Shown here piece after piece: positions 39,581 to 57,100 of a stretch of DNA of 64,000 bases (positions are counted from its first letter, which is position 1; every line of letters begins with the position of its first letter). The stretch lies in the NCBI GenBank assembly GCA_013239625.1, contig MU054032.1, forward strand, positions 62,001 through 126,000, in the 5' to 3' direction. Below the pieces are notes generated by a model. That model saw only the letters and a list, made by a program, of their open reading frames with translations, was not told the origin of the DNA and ran no database searches. The position numbers were made by a program, and so were the translations under genes. Source of the DNA: Lama guanicoe. Taxonomy: Eukaryota.

Positions 39581-40859
39581 AGTATCCTTTCCTATTTACA
39601 GAAACTTCAACTGTAACAGTTGAGGGAGGCAAATGAAATAGATCCCTCTTATATATGTCCCTATTAAATGGGATGCTGCCCAGTATAATGGGAAGAGCAC
39701 AGATCACAAAACAAAAATGTATATCCTGTGTTACACTGCAGCCCACTGAACTCACCTTTGACCCCACATCCCTATGAAATAAATTCCTAATTGCCAAGCC
39801 CAATTAGTTCTGCTCAGCCCCTATTTTATAGAATGTTTATGTGATTGATTCTATTGACCACTTTGATTCTTAACACTGTTCTTCGGTCCTCTCATTCCTC
39901 TGCTGCTTCCTTTTGCTAGTTTCTTTTTCCCTGCTCCATACATGATGCAGTTTTCTTGAGTTCTTCCCCTCTTACTAGGCAAGATAACCATAGGCATTTC
40001 AAAATTTAACATTCTCTTCTATTTCTGTTTTCTCCTTTAAATTATTTGATAGTTCTACGCTACCAAACAGTAGGAAAGTTTCACAAACATGCAGAAAAAT
40101 GAGAACAAATGTTGGCTGGTAGGAGAAAGTCTGGTGAAGTTGCTCCATGCTGAACTACTCCCATTAGCCATGTTTGTTTTAGGATTAAGGGTCTCATCCA
40201 TCCTGCCCCCAAATAGCTTTGAATAAAATCAATACTAAAGACAGGATACCCTGTTTATTTTATGATTTTCCATGCTCAAGGACCACACACGTACCTCTCC
40301 CCAGCCTCCACTCCCGTCCAAGGCTGGTTCCTGCTCCTCTCTCTACACTCATTTCTTTACTCTCCTCTCTTTTTGCCTTCCTCACCTCTAGCCTTCCCCA
40401 CCTGCAGTTCCACAAAAAGAACATGCTGTTTAATGCAAATGTGTGCTTGGAATCGTCTTCCCTTCCTACTTTACCCTAGGAATATCTGCTCGTCTTTCGC
40501 AACAGTTCTATCAGCCTCCTCCGCTTTGAGGCAATTCCTCCTACATTTCTGGGTGACCCAAACGTATCCTCTCCTCCTTCGTGCATCCACTTTATCCTAT
40601 ACTAACCAGAACCCATCACACTTTACTGCATTTTTTGCTCATCTGTCTCTTTTAAAGTGAGGTCCTAAGTCTTACTTATCTTTGGCGTCTCAGTGCCTAG
40701 CACACATTTGTTAAACGACTGGTTACATTAGTTTCTTTCATTGTAGCTTTAACTGATATAAATTCTGTCCAGATTCCTGACCTCCTGAGTTGTCTGGAAG
40801 CTTCCAACATCATTACTGCGAAGAAAAAACAAAAAACAAAAAACAAAAAAACCCGTGTT

Positions 40860-41342
40860 TGACTCTAGAGAAGGCTCCTGACTTAGCCAAGGTCACCGTC
40901 GGTGGTGTTTCACGGCACTACCACTTCCCTAACCCCGCCCCTGAGACTCTCACCTAGCTCAAGGTCCTTTCTAAGGAGAGAGCCCAAGGACAGCCAAAGA
41001 CAGACCACATGCTTCCCCACAGGAACTCGGCCCCTTTCCTAAACGCAGTTCCGCCAAGTACTCTCTCCAATTGACATTTCTGTTGTCCAATTATGTTTCG
41101 AGACTCTGAGGGTTGCACCTAACCAGACACTGTCCAATAAAAAAAGGACTTCAGATTAGCACAAATTTTGGCCAATGGTTGAGAAGATGAGAGATTATTA
41201 GCTTGTAGAAGCAGCGCTGACAGTAATGAGCAGCAAGCTCATCCAATAGACATGCCTCCTGCAGAGTAGGCCTCGCCCCCTCAGCTGCGGTGAACTGGCG
41301 GCCGGACAAGCTGCAGCGCTCAGTCTCCACCCGGGCTCCGCC
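40860..41342 (+). promoter_or_regulatory. ATP5F1B: ATP5F1B promoter and 5'UTR
   Basis: Five CCAAT boxes (41067, 41087, 41134, 41172, 41243), GC box ccccgcccc (about 40933), ERR-type sites, and Kozak context ccgccATG. Confidence 0.8.
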
Positions 41343-46669
<5,327 letters not shown>

Positions 46670-46814
46670 GGGGGTCCTTTTGGCAGACTAAGCACTCATC
46701 CTCTGTGCTGTCTCTCCATGCCCCTAATCCAAAAATTGCAGTTTTTTTCTGTAAGCCACATGAGAGCCTTGATTGAAGACATTGTGTTCTGTCTGAAGAA
46801 TATTTAAGGTTTCC

Positions 46815-46820
46815 AATAAA
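46815..46820 (+). terminator. ATP5F1B: ATP5F1B polyadenylation signal
   Basis: AATAAA 146 nt after the stop codon, followed by a T-rich downstream element. Confidence 0.85.
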
Positions 46821-48611
46821 ATGTACATCCCTCAGCATCTGTCTTTTTTTCTTGGTCATGACAACACAGCCAACATTGACATTTTTAACAATTTTAGGGT
46901 AGCCACAAGAAACAGCAGAAAATAGGCCATTTATGTTTGAAATGGGGTCATTGAAAAAGAAAAGCCATTGTCTTGGATTGATGAACAACTGCAGTCTTCC
47001 TTTGGATGATGTGATCTTAATAGTAGGGCCTCAGTTTTGGCCCTTTTGTGTCATTGTTCAAAGCAAAAGGATTGTTTAGAAGAGCATATTGAGGAAGATG
47101 GTTTGAAAATAATTGCTATTCTAAAAGAAGACAGGTTAATCACTGAATCAAACTTTTAGGAAATCTGAAGAATTAATACTGAAAAATGCAAAAATTGAGT
47201 CAAGAGGGCCCCATCTATTACCACCTTCATTTTTTTTTTCAGAAGGTGTTCCTAATTACTTGCCTCCTGACTTATATTATGGGCAAGAGTTGTATGTTTG
47301 TGATTCCTTGAGGCAGGGCAGGATATAAAGTACCATGAGGCCTATCCTGAGACCCAGTTAAATCCCTTTTAAAAAGTTGGAGAAAGTGTGTTAAAGGGAA
47401 AAAGTAATTTTCAGGGTTGCTGGGCTTAGGTTTCTGAACTAAATAATGGAATTAGATAATTTCCCTTTGATTTTAGCCCACTAAAATGTGAAGGATTATA
47501 AAGAATACTCAAAAGTACATCCACCCTTTCAGTTTCAAATACTTGCTAATAGTGCAAGGTTGTATTTGGTACCCTTTAAATACATACTCTTTTCTGGGTC
47601 CAGACCCGTCTCCCAGTGCCCTCTGGTGGTAGGACTAGAGACTGCAAGAACTCTGATCTCACCATTTTGAAATCCATGAAGGCCATTTGCTGGGATGTGG
47701 TTCTTAGCTAATAACTGTTTACAAACCAGCTGGGGCTTTTGTCCTGAGGAGGAGTCTGAATCTATAAGCTCCACCCCGAGGCACTCAGGTTGGCTAAAAG
47801 CAGGGCAGGACAAACAGATCCCAATTCAGAGGCCCCTGGGGGCTGAAGGTTGGGGAGGGGCCTTGGGAGAGGCGCCAGGGGTGGAGTAGGGGCCTCTAAG
47901 TTTCCTCCCATCTGCCTATGACGTCCTTGGCACCAGTCTTCCCTGTGTCGTGATCTGGACAGAAGGTGGAGCCCCTGAGCCGCCTGTGCCTGGTAGTTTG
48001 CTCCCAGAAAAACCTGGATTTGGGGAAATGCTGAGTTATGGGGGTGGGGACACTTCCTCTAGGTTCTGACAGAAGAGTGGGTGAGAAGTTGGTGCAGAAG
48101 GCCCCAGGGAATGGGTCAGCTCCTGCTCTGTTTTCCCATGTCATCCAGATGCAGACCTGGGAACTGTGATCCTAAAGGTCATTTCTCTGTCTCCCTCCCC
48201 CGACACATATACGTCTCTCAGCATTCATCGAGAACCTTCTCATAAGCTGCAACTATTTATTTCCTTCCCCCTTCACCACTCTCTTCTTGTACCACACCAC
48301 TGGAGTGTCAACACAGCTCTAACCTTCCTCCATGTTTCTCCTGGTTCTGCCGTGTCCTCACAGCCTCCTCCCTCTCCACCCAGAGAAAGCCCCGCCCTTC
48401 CCTCCTCCCTCCCCACCCCAGTCTGTCACACAGGGACATCACCCTACAGCAGTTCAGGCTGTGGTTCGCAGGAAGCATACATTGGCTTTTTGATTCGTGC
48501 TAGTTCCCAGCTCACAGTTTGGGAGGATCTAACACCAGCCTTCACGTGAAGGGGGAACCAAGGACAGTGAGGAGCTGGGTGGTCCCAGCCCTGGAGCCCT
48601 GCCAGCCTGAC

Positions 48612-48615
48612 ATGG
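48612..48615 (+). CDS. BAZ2A: BAZ2A alternative first exon (1a), 4 coding nt (ATG G)
   Basis: gacATGG|GTAAGTAT is a near-consensus donor. Joined to the exon at 62502 (AA ATG GAG) it gives M-E-M-E-A-N-D-H, the N-terminus I recall for the long BAZ2A isoform. Confidence 0.75.
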
Positions 48616-49479
48616 GTAAGTATGAGGACCAGCCCCCGGGGAAGGCCTGAGGGATGCCTACCTCCCTCCCTGCCTGACTCAGCAGGGGTGGGGCCTAACC
48701 TTTGCTCTCTTGAGGGGTGAAGGAAGGGAAACCGGAGTATAGGGGCACAGGGCTCAGCTGGTGAGGCTGCCAACCAAGGGATCATGAGCTTTGGCAAGCT
48801 CAAGCTCCAGGGAAGAGCCTGAGACTGCACGTTAGGTGGGGGCTCTCCTTACCAACCCTATCCCCCAGCGCTTCCCCACTTAAGCTGCTGAGATTCAAGT
48901 GATATTTTACAGTACTCACTGCTGGCCTACCCCCTTAAAGTAAATACCATTTTTGATCGCGTTGGAGGGTTTTTAAGGTGCTTCTCCCCTTATTTTCTCC
49001 CAGGCCTTTTAAGTCCGTCTTCTCTCCTCCCCCACCCTGACCCACCACCAGGTGGGGGCTGCACTGAGCAGCTGCTTCCTGTTGCCCCAGAGGTTGCTGC
49101 AAGGGTGGTGGTGGTTGGGGGAAAACTGAACTATAATAAAGCCGATTCTCACGGTCCCACATCAGCCTCTTTAGGGCTGCTACTGGCGGCCCCCCACGCT
49201 CCAGTCACTGAAAAGACACAGAGGTAGGATTGAGGTTAAAAGGCCTAGGAAGTCTTTGCACTCGTGGCTTCCTGATTCCAGAGGCTTTGAAACTTGAGCA
49301 GTGCTGAGGGACGGAGGCTGTGCCTTTCCACAGCTGTAGGGATCGGGCCCCTGAGGAGCTCAAACACCTGGAACCTGTTCACCTAGTAGGGCCGCTGTGC
49401 GTTACCCTCAGCAGGCTCGGCCTTGAGTTCCCTCTCAGGCACCTCCATTTCTCGGGAGTCCCTGTGATTCTAACTGCCT

Positions 49480-50230
49480 TCCTGGCCCTCCTTTGTGAGG
49501 AGATCTTTGCCGGCGCCCTCGGAGCGCGGGCAGAGCTCTCCCAAGTCCTCCACTTCGGACCCACCACCATCCCCCACCTTAAGGCAGAAGTTTCTGTCTC
49601 TTCTTCCTGGGATCTGTTCTCTTCCTCCATCTGGGATCCTTCCTGGTTCTGGCCCCTAGGAGACGCCACCCGCTTCCCCCTCCCCCAGCCGATTCTTTGC
49701 GACAGCCCTACCCTGGCGCTCGTCCTTACCCCAGTAGCTCCTGCCCCTTTAAGTGCTACCCCCCCCCCCGCCACCGGCCCACGGCTGGGGGAGGAGGCGC
49801 CGCCGCCGCCCGGCTGGGCCACCTGCGCCGCTGCCGCCGCCGCCGCCGCCCGGCCCTGCTCCAGGTGAGGCCCTGCACCCTCGTCCGGTCTAGGAGTCCC
49901 CAGGCGGGCCACCTCTGCAGTCCCCTGCCCCGGGATCCCCGCTGCCCTGGACTCAGGATTTGACCCTCCCCCTGCGGGAGCTGCCCTTCCTCTCCCCTGC
50001 ACTATCTACTCGCCCATTTCTTCCCTGTCCTCTGCGACCGGAATCCGGAGGCTTCTCACGCCTCTCGGCCAACCTCTCCCGGGTACCCCTCCTATTCTGG
50101 ACCCGGGATCTCCCCCTCCCCCGCGCCTTCCTCGCCAGAAAAATCTCCCGCGGTCTGGGTTTCGCCTCGTTCCCTCTGGAACCATCGCTTTCCCACGCCA
50201 TCCTAACCTCCAATGGGAGGGGGAATAACC
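49480..50230 (+). promoter_or_regulatory. BAZ2A: BAZ2A CpG island with a probable non-coding first exon (1b) ending at 49864
   Basis: CpG-rich with (GCC)n runs and a donor CCAG|GTGAGG at 49864/49865. Confidence 0.65.
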
Positions 50231-53200
50231 GCCACCCCAACTCCTCTCCTTCCCCATAGTAAGGGGGGTTGGGTGTTATCATAGACTAGAGTCTCTTTCA
50301 GGCCTTGATCTGCTTAGCCCTTCAAGTACAACTAACTCCCATCCAAAGCTTTTCTGTAGCCTTCACCCCACCCTACCTCTCCCAGAGTTTGGGGGGCGAC
50401 CTCAGCACCCGCCAACCAGCCCAGGTGGAGAAGGCCCTTTTCTTGGGCTTGGGGCGGGCTGGTCCAGCCTAGGAATCGGGAGAGGGTCGCACCCCGAATA
50501 TTGTGGTACTGGACTTAAGGACAGTGGTGAGTGGCTAGGACTAAGTCTCTAAGGGTTTGGGCTTGGTAAGAATGGCCTGGGAAGCCCAGCCTTCTCTATT
50601 CAGATGCAAAGAGAGTCTGAAGGAAATTAGGGCTTTCTCTGTCCTCTCCTGAGACAACCGAGGAGAAGCTCGTGGGGGGAGTTTGAAAGGAGACTGTACT
50701 GCATCCGAGGGGCACATACCAATTTGGAGTGAAGTGGAGGGGTTATGGTCTTTTTGATGTGTTATAGGAGAATCTGGCCTTCCCAAAATACAGAGAGGGA
50801 GGAGACTGTTTTGCACTTAACCTGGAGAGGGAAGGGAGACAAATTGGAATGGTTACAGAGTTGAGGGCCATCTCCCTACTAGACCTTGTTAACACTGTGA
50901 ACCATTCAGCCAGTGAGGGCAAGGGAGGTCTTTAATAATTACCCCACCTCCGTTGGGGAATTCTCCCTCCCTCCAAGTCCAGCTGCGACCCTAGCTCTGT
51001 CCCTTCTCTCCTTGCGCTCTCATTCTACCTGCCCTCCCCCTACACTCCAGAATGAAGGGACAGGGTGTCTGGATTGGCTTCAGAAGAGTCTGAAGCTGAG
51101 AGAGAGCTGGGGGGAGGAGTGGGTGGTCAGCAGTGGTGTTTGGGATTGAATTCCAGGAGTACCTGAATGCGGAGAGGAAGATAGGTGGAAGGATGCAAAC
51201 GAATCCCCCCACTGTCCCTTTCTGTCTCTTCCCCCTCCCCAGCAATCTGGCTCCTCAGTGGAGCCACGCACAGTGGCAGCTGACCCCAGAGTCAGGGTGT
51301 TGCAGCAGAAACACAAGGAGGGTGAGAAAGGGGGAGCAGGTGCTAATTTCTCCCTCCCCATTCTCTTTATTACCCCTGCCCACAGGCCTGGCTTGACAGA
51401 GGTTCAGAGTATTTCCTAGGTACCTTTCTCACAAGTTGCTGAACAAAATGGCCATTTGTCTCTTCCCCTTTCTAGTAGCTTCCTAAAGGGAGATGGGGTA
51501 GGTGACTGGCCACATCTGATGGGATTGAGGAATGTTTGGAGACAGAAGGGTCAGTCTGTCCTCTGGTTGGGGGCAGAAGCAACAGCTGCTGCCTGGGATG
51601 GCTTCAGGTGAGAAGTAGACACCCAGCTGTTGGGCATATCCACACCCCACCCTCATCTTTCCTCAAAGAGCAAGGAAGACCTCTGATTAGATGGGATGAG
51701 GAGGGGTCTCTTTCAAGGAGGAAGGTGGTTGTAGTCTTTCAGCACCAGATGGGAAAGAATGGATCCTGCCCCACTTCTTTTCTAATCCCAGGTGGCCCTC
51801 TCTTATCCAGCTCTGCTCTTCCCAACAGCTCCTGGCTGGGATAGTCCTAGGGGTTGCCCTGGAGACTAGGCCTGGGGCTCGGAAGGGGTGGGGGCAGCCA
51901 GTAGGGCACAGGAGTAACCGGCTCTTCCGGAGCGGAGTGGAGCCAGCGGGTGGGTGTGTGTGGGTGTGTGGTGGGGGGAAGGGGCGTGGCTACACCCGTC
52001 TGACTGGCGCAGGCTCCGCCCCTGCTGCCCGCCTCTGACTGGCCAGCCCCAGGACTGGGGGCGGGAAGTAGGAAGATTCTCCCTGTTCTGCCCCGGAAAA
52101 AGGAGGAGAAAAAAGATACCCAGCTCTCTCCTCCGGCCTTTTAGAAAGTCACTTCCATTGCCCTGAGCTCTGTTCTTCACCTGCCTTTACTTTGGGGATG
52201 GGGCAGGAATTCCTTTGCAGAAGTTTGCTGAATCCCTGCTTTCTCCAGAAGGAAGGACCTCTCTCCCTGTGTGTGGCCCCTATTTACTCAGGGACTTGAG
52301 GTCAGTAGGCTGTTGGGGGCGGAGTGTCTTTATTTTTTCTCCAAGGTGACCCAATAAATCTATTATTTAGTCAGGGAGGAGAGAAGGATTTTGATTTCTG
52401 CCTGTCTACTCCTTTCCACTGGCAATCTACTTTTCTCAGGAGAGGGAGAGAAACCCTCCTAACTCTCCTTAGACACTCTCTCTCTCTCTTTCTCTCTGGC
52501 CCACACACTTCGAGGGTTTGCTGAAGCTCCCTTCCTTCTTAGCCTCTCTGAGCCATTTGTAGTGGGGCGTGGAGTCTGTCCCGAAAACTCAGGAAGAACT
52601 CACTCTGTAAGGAGGATTTCTGTAAGGAAATCCAATCTAGGCTGATGTTATTTGGCTCTGCCTTACCCTGGCCCCACCCAGTTTTCAGATCTTCCTCCCC
52701 AGACTCCCAGAGGAAAAGGTATTTGTTGACCACCCCCCCAACCTGCCAGAGTTTCATCATCCCCACTCTGTTCCTCTTCCAGAATTTTCAGCCTGTGTTT
52801 TGCACAGTTAGGCAATTGTTTGTAGAACTGCATAGCACCGAATTGAATGGGAATTATCTTGAAGCCTGCAAAGTCTGTTGAGTTGCAAGGAAAGGAAACC
52901 TGGTTTCTAGTCACATTTTATCCACTGTTTGACCTTGAACAAGTTGGTTAACCTCCTTGGGCCATAATTTCTTAATCGCCAAACAAGAGAAGGTTGAACT
53001 AGAAATTCTCTAATTTCTAACATATATAACCCTGTTCCCCATTCTGGGTCCCCTGCAAAAGACATTTTAGGTAATAGCTAAACTCTAGTCCCCTGCTAGA
53101 TTTTTCTTTCCTCTTCTCAGAAGGTTTCACACAGTTCTATAGCCCTATTAGAAAAAGTACTAGAACTATAGAATAGGTGGACATTTGGCACCTTATTTGT

Positions 53201-53561
53201 TGGTCAGTTTTCCTGCTCCTCCCCTGTCCCTCTGACCAGGTTTAGGCTAGACTCAGGCCTTCCCTGTCTGGTCTGAGAGCCAAGCTTCTTTTTCCTATGC
53301 ACAGGAATCATCCTGACCCTCAGGGACCTGCAGATGTCTCCAGAAAAGTGGTGATCCAGGCAGGACCAGGCTGCCCCCACGGGACAGAGGTGAGTGGGCA
53401 GCAGGTACTTGCCTTTTTCAACCCCTTTACCAGGACTGAACTTTCCTGACTAACCTTTCTGCTTCTCCACTTCCACTTTTCTACTACCCAGCCTGTGGAA
53501 TAACTGCCCTGAAATTATCTCCTCCCCATCTTCCCCCCCCCATCTTCCTCCCCCCCCCCCC

Positions 53562-53585
53562 NNNNNNNNNNNNNNNNNNNNNNNN
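53562..53585. other. Assembly gap (24 N) inside a poly-C tract
   Basis: A run of n flanked by C homopolymers. Confidence 0.99.
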
Positions 53586-53699
53586 CCCCCCCCCCCCGTT
53601 AGGGGAGAGGTACTTGCCTCGGTCCTAGACATCTGTTCTAGTCTTTTAGGTTAACACTGGGATCAGGGCACGCCTTTCAGTTTGCTCAGTGTGAAGCAG

Positions 53700-54480
53700 G
53701 ACTACCGCCCACAATGAGACACAGTGCTGAGGGAGCTTCCCGGTAGGCTAGGGAGACACCGCGGCGCTAGGACCCATTTCCGGGTTGGGGAATCGAAATG
53801 CCCGGCGCTAGGACCCGGTGGCAGAGGCCGTGGAGGGCGGCTCTCTCCGACCGCAGCTCCCCGCCCCCTCCTGCTTCAGCTCACTCCTCCCCCGCAGGCT
53901 GGACGCCGCCGCCTCAGGTCTGTTGGGTTTGTGGCTGGGGGCTTGAAGGGAGGGAGCCCCGCTTTCATCCGAGGCTTCCCTCAGGGAGCCGAGGCTCCGG
54001 AGCCGCCTAGAGCCTTGCCTGCGGGGAAGACGCTGACTTGAGCTTATTTCCAGTTAGGATCCAGCCGCAGGCGGGGGGGTCTTCCCTGCCCAGGGGGCTG
54101 GGAGGAGAAGGGGGCCCGCCGGTCTGCAGAGACTCAGGATGGGGCGGCGGGGGCGGGAGGAGCTGTGGAGGCTCCCGGAGACGGCGGCGGCGGCGGCGAA
54201 GAGGAGGAGGCGGAGAAGCCGCCTGGCTGGTGGAGATGACTCCTGTGGGGGACTCGGGGTGGAATCCCCGGGGAGGGGCTCCACCTCCTCGGGTTGGGTG
54301 GGGATTGCCCGAGTGCGAAGGGTAGGTGAGGGGGTTCCCTGGACGGGTTAAACACTCCATTTGTGGGGGTTAGAGCTTTTTGGCAACGGTGAGTGGATGG
54401 GATAGGAGGGGTTTCGGAGGGTCTCGGGGTGTCTCCTTGGCGGGCGGGGTGGGGGGGGGGTGCACGTCCTCATGAGCGTG
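53700..54480 (+). promoter_or_regulatory. BAZ2A: BAZ2A second CpG island with a first exon (1c) ending at 54325
   Basis: CpG-rich with a (GGC)n/(GAG)n leader and a donor GTAG|GTGAGG at 54325/54326. Confidence 0.7.
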
Positions 54481-56254
54481 GCGAGCAGGAGAGGGCCTTA
54501 CTGGAGTGGAGCTGTGCTTGACTTGGGGCCCTCCAGTCCCAGGAGAATCCCCCGCTCCAGAGATGGGGCTTGATAGGGGTGGTGCTGTGGCGTCCGGATT
54601 TGAGCTGGGCTTACAGACTGGAGGGAGGAATGAAGAGGGATCCCTTTACAAGGGGGATCCCGCACTAAGGGGATCCCCATTTCCGTGGCAGAAAAGATGA
54701 CCCCGCATCATCCCTTTCTTTTCCTGACGTTCCCACTTTTCAGGGGAAGCAATGCCAACAACAGTCATCCTTTGTAGGATTTATTGGAGTGAGAGATTTG
54801 CATCTTTGGAGGGGCGATGGTGGGGGAGCTTCCACCTCCATCTGTACACAAACAGCCCCTCCCCCAAGCCTCCCGCAGGAAGTGGCCGGGAAATGGCAGC
54901 TGTGCGTTTGCTGCTGCGTCTCTTGTTGTTTTGAAATGTCCATTTTAATCAGATTTGGTTTCATTTTCTGAGGCCGTCTGGGCAAGCTTGGATCATGCCA
55001 ACCATGTGGTTCGGGAATCCTTTCGTTCGACTTTTTGCGGGGGGGAGCTTAATTTGCTAACTGGAAGTAGTCACTGCAGTTGACTCACTGATCCCAATCC
55101 CCCCTCTCCAGAGCATCTCTGTCTCCCTGTCTGGATTTTTTTTCCCTTGAGCTAGAGGTCATAGAAAAGCAAGCTCAGTCATCCTCTAGCAGGGCTACAC
55201 TTTCAATACAAATGATGCAAATTCCCTCAGTACAGAGTGCTGCCAGGAAGACTTGGGATCTTTTTGTCAGGAGAGTGGCTTTTGGGGGATCTTGCTTAAT
55301 ATATTATTAAGATGACAGTTTCTGTATTAACAGAACACCTGAGCAAGTGAGCTTGTGACCTGAAGAAGGGTAGAGTCTGAAAGGTGGAAGAAGAGGAGGG
55401 CATGAGGATTAAACTGATTAGGATTTGTGTGTTGGGGTAGGGACTGATTGCAGAGTGAAGATGGGCTTGTTCCTCACTGGTGATTCTAGCCTAAGGATAA
55501 GTCCCTGTGGGAAACCTGTTAGTTGACATAGGGGCTTGGAGGGTTTACCTGCTGCAGAATCAACTAATTAGGAGAGTTAGCTATCATAATGACTTACTCT
55601 TCAGTCCACGAAAGACATCTCTCTTATTACCTTCCTTGGAGAGTGAGTGATAAACTTTTCCTCTGTTCTCTGCAGTCATATGGCCAGATTTTCTCTTTCT
55701 CCCACTTGATAACTCCGGGACATGGCATAAAGTGATGGACTGTGTGTACTATTTCCCCAGGCACTTTGTTAGACACTGCGTTTAGTCTGAGGTGAGTTGG
55801 CCACAGGATTTTATGTTTTGAGAGATTAGGTATTGAGATCATTTGGGCTATCCTGAAAACTGCTTAAGCCTAACATTTAAATAATCTTTTCAGTATTTTC
55901 CAATTGAATTGTAGATTTCTAGATTAAAAATTCAGGATAGGAACAGTTAGACGTGTATGATGATTGTGTGACAGTGGCATCATCACTGATAGCATCATTG
56001 CTCTTTTCACTGGGGCTGTTGGGGTTGATATTCTGGAAACCGTAAAAACAGTTCAGTGTCATTGTTCTTTTTCTTGCCTCTACTTAACTGGTTAGTTCCT
56101 TTGAGTTGTTTTCTGATAGGGTTGATTTGACACTGATTTTTAAGTTCCCCTTTCTTCAACCTTTGTTTACCTAACTTGGGTCCTGACAGAATAGTAAATT
56201 GATTTTCTCTGGTTGAGATTAAAAGAATGAAGCAAGGAGAAAGACAACTGTCTC

Positions 56255-56527
56255 TTTTTGTTTTGTTTTGTTTTTTGTTTTCATTTTGTGATTTGGTGGG
56301 GGAAGGTAATTAGGTTTATTTATCCATTTATTTTAATGGAGGCACTTGGAATTGAACTCAAGACCCCATACATGCCAAACATGCACTCTACCACTAAGCT
56401 ATACCCCCCACTTTTTTTTCTTTTTTTTTTTTAATGGAATTAAATGGAATTTTTTACTGGGAATTGAACCCAGGACCTCATGCATGCTAAGCACGTGCTC
56501 TACTACTGAGCTATATCCCTCCTCCCC
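56255..56527 (-). mobile_element. Two tandem Vic-1-like SINEs
   Basis: Two antisense heads ending near 56410 and 56527. The pair shares the flanking repeats ggagaaagacaact and ggagaaagaccact. Confidence 0.85.
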
Positions 56528-57052
56528 GGAGAAAGACCACTCTTATTTCTTTGGACTCTTTTAAAAAGGAATGGAAGTTGATTTTGAGAAAGTAGATAGA
56601 TATTGCTTCCTTTGATACCGGATTGATCTGAAAGCTGAATGAACTAAACGTTTCATGGCCTTTTTGTAAAATGGATGCATTTTTCTATCAGAGAAGTGGA
56701 TTTCTTAATATTTACCTTTTTAAAAAGCCTCTCCATAAAGGAAAATTTTTGAGGTGTAGAGATAACTGAGAGAGAACTATGTGGGCTGACCCTCAGAACC
56801 AGTCAGAAATCTAGAATGCCCTTAGAGTCTCATCTTGCAGTCTTGTGGTTCTGGAATCAGGTGTTGCCAAGACAGAAGCAAAGCTTGTTAGGGTTACTGT
56901 CTTGCTGCTGTTGACCTTTCTTACCACCTGAAGAGGTCTGCTATATTCTTTTACCGTTAAAATAGTGTGGAGTTTAGTCCAATAACTGGTGTAATGTTTG
57001 ACCTTGTGTGAGATGTGTATAGTGAGGCAATAATGCCAAAGTTTTTGTTTCC

Positions 57053-57100
57053 TAGGACATAGAGTGAAGTATGAAATAGGACATAGAGTGAAGTATGAAA
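57053..57100. repeat. Perfect 24-bp tandem duplication
   Basis: taggacatagagtgaagtatgaaa occurs twice in a row. Confidence 0.95.

Noticed and set aside
49320..50282. 182-207 aa ORFs in the BAZ2A CpG island
   Set aside because: GC-driven open frames with no recognisable domains.
55958..55990. ATGATGA ... CTGA pair in BAZ2A intron 1
   Set aside because: Only 33 nt from box C to box D, too short for a C/D snoRNA.
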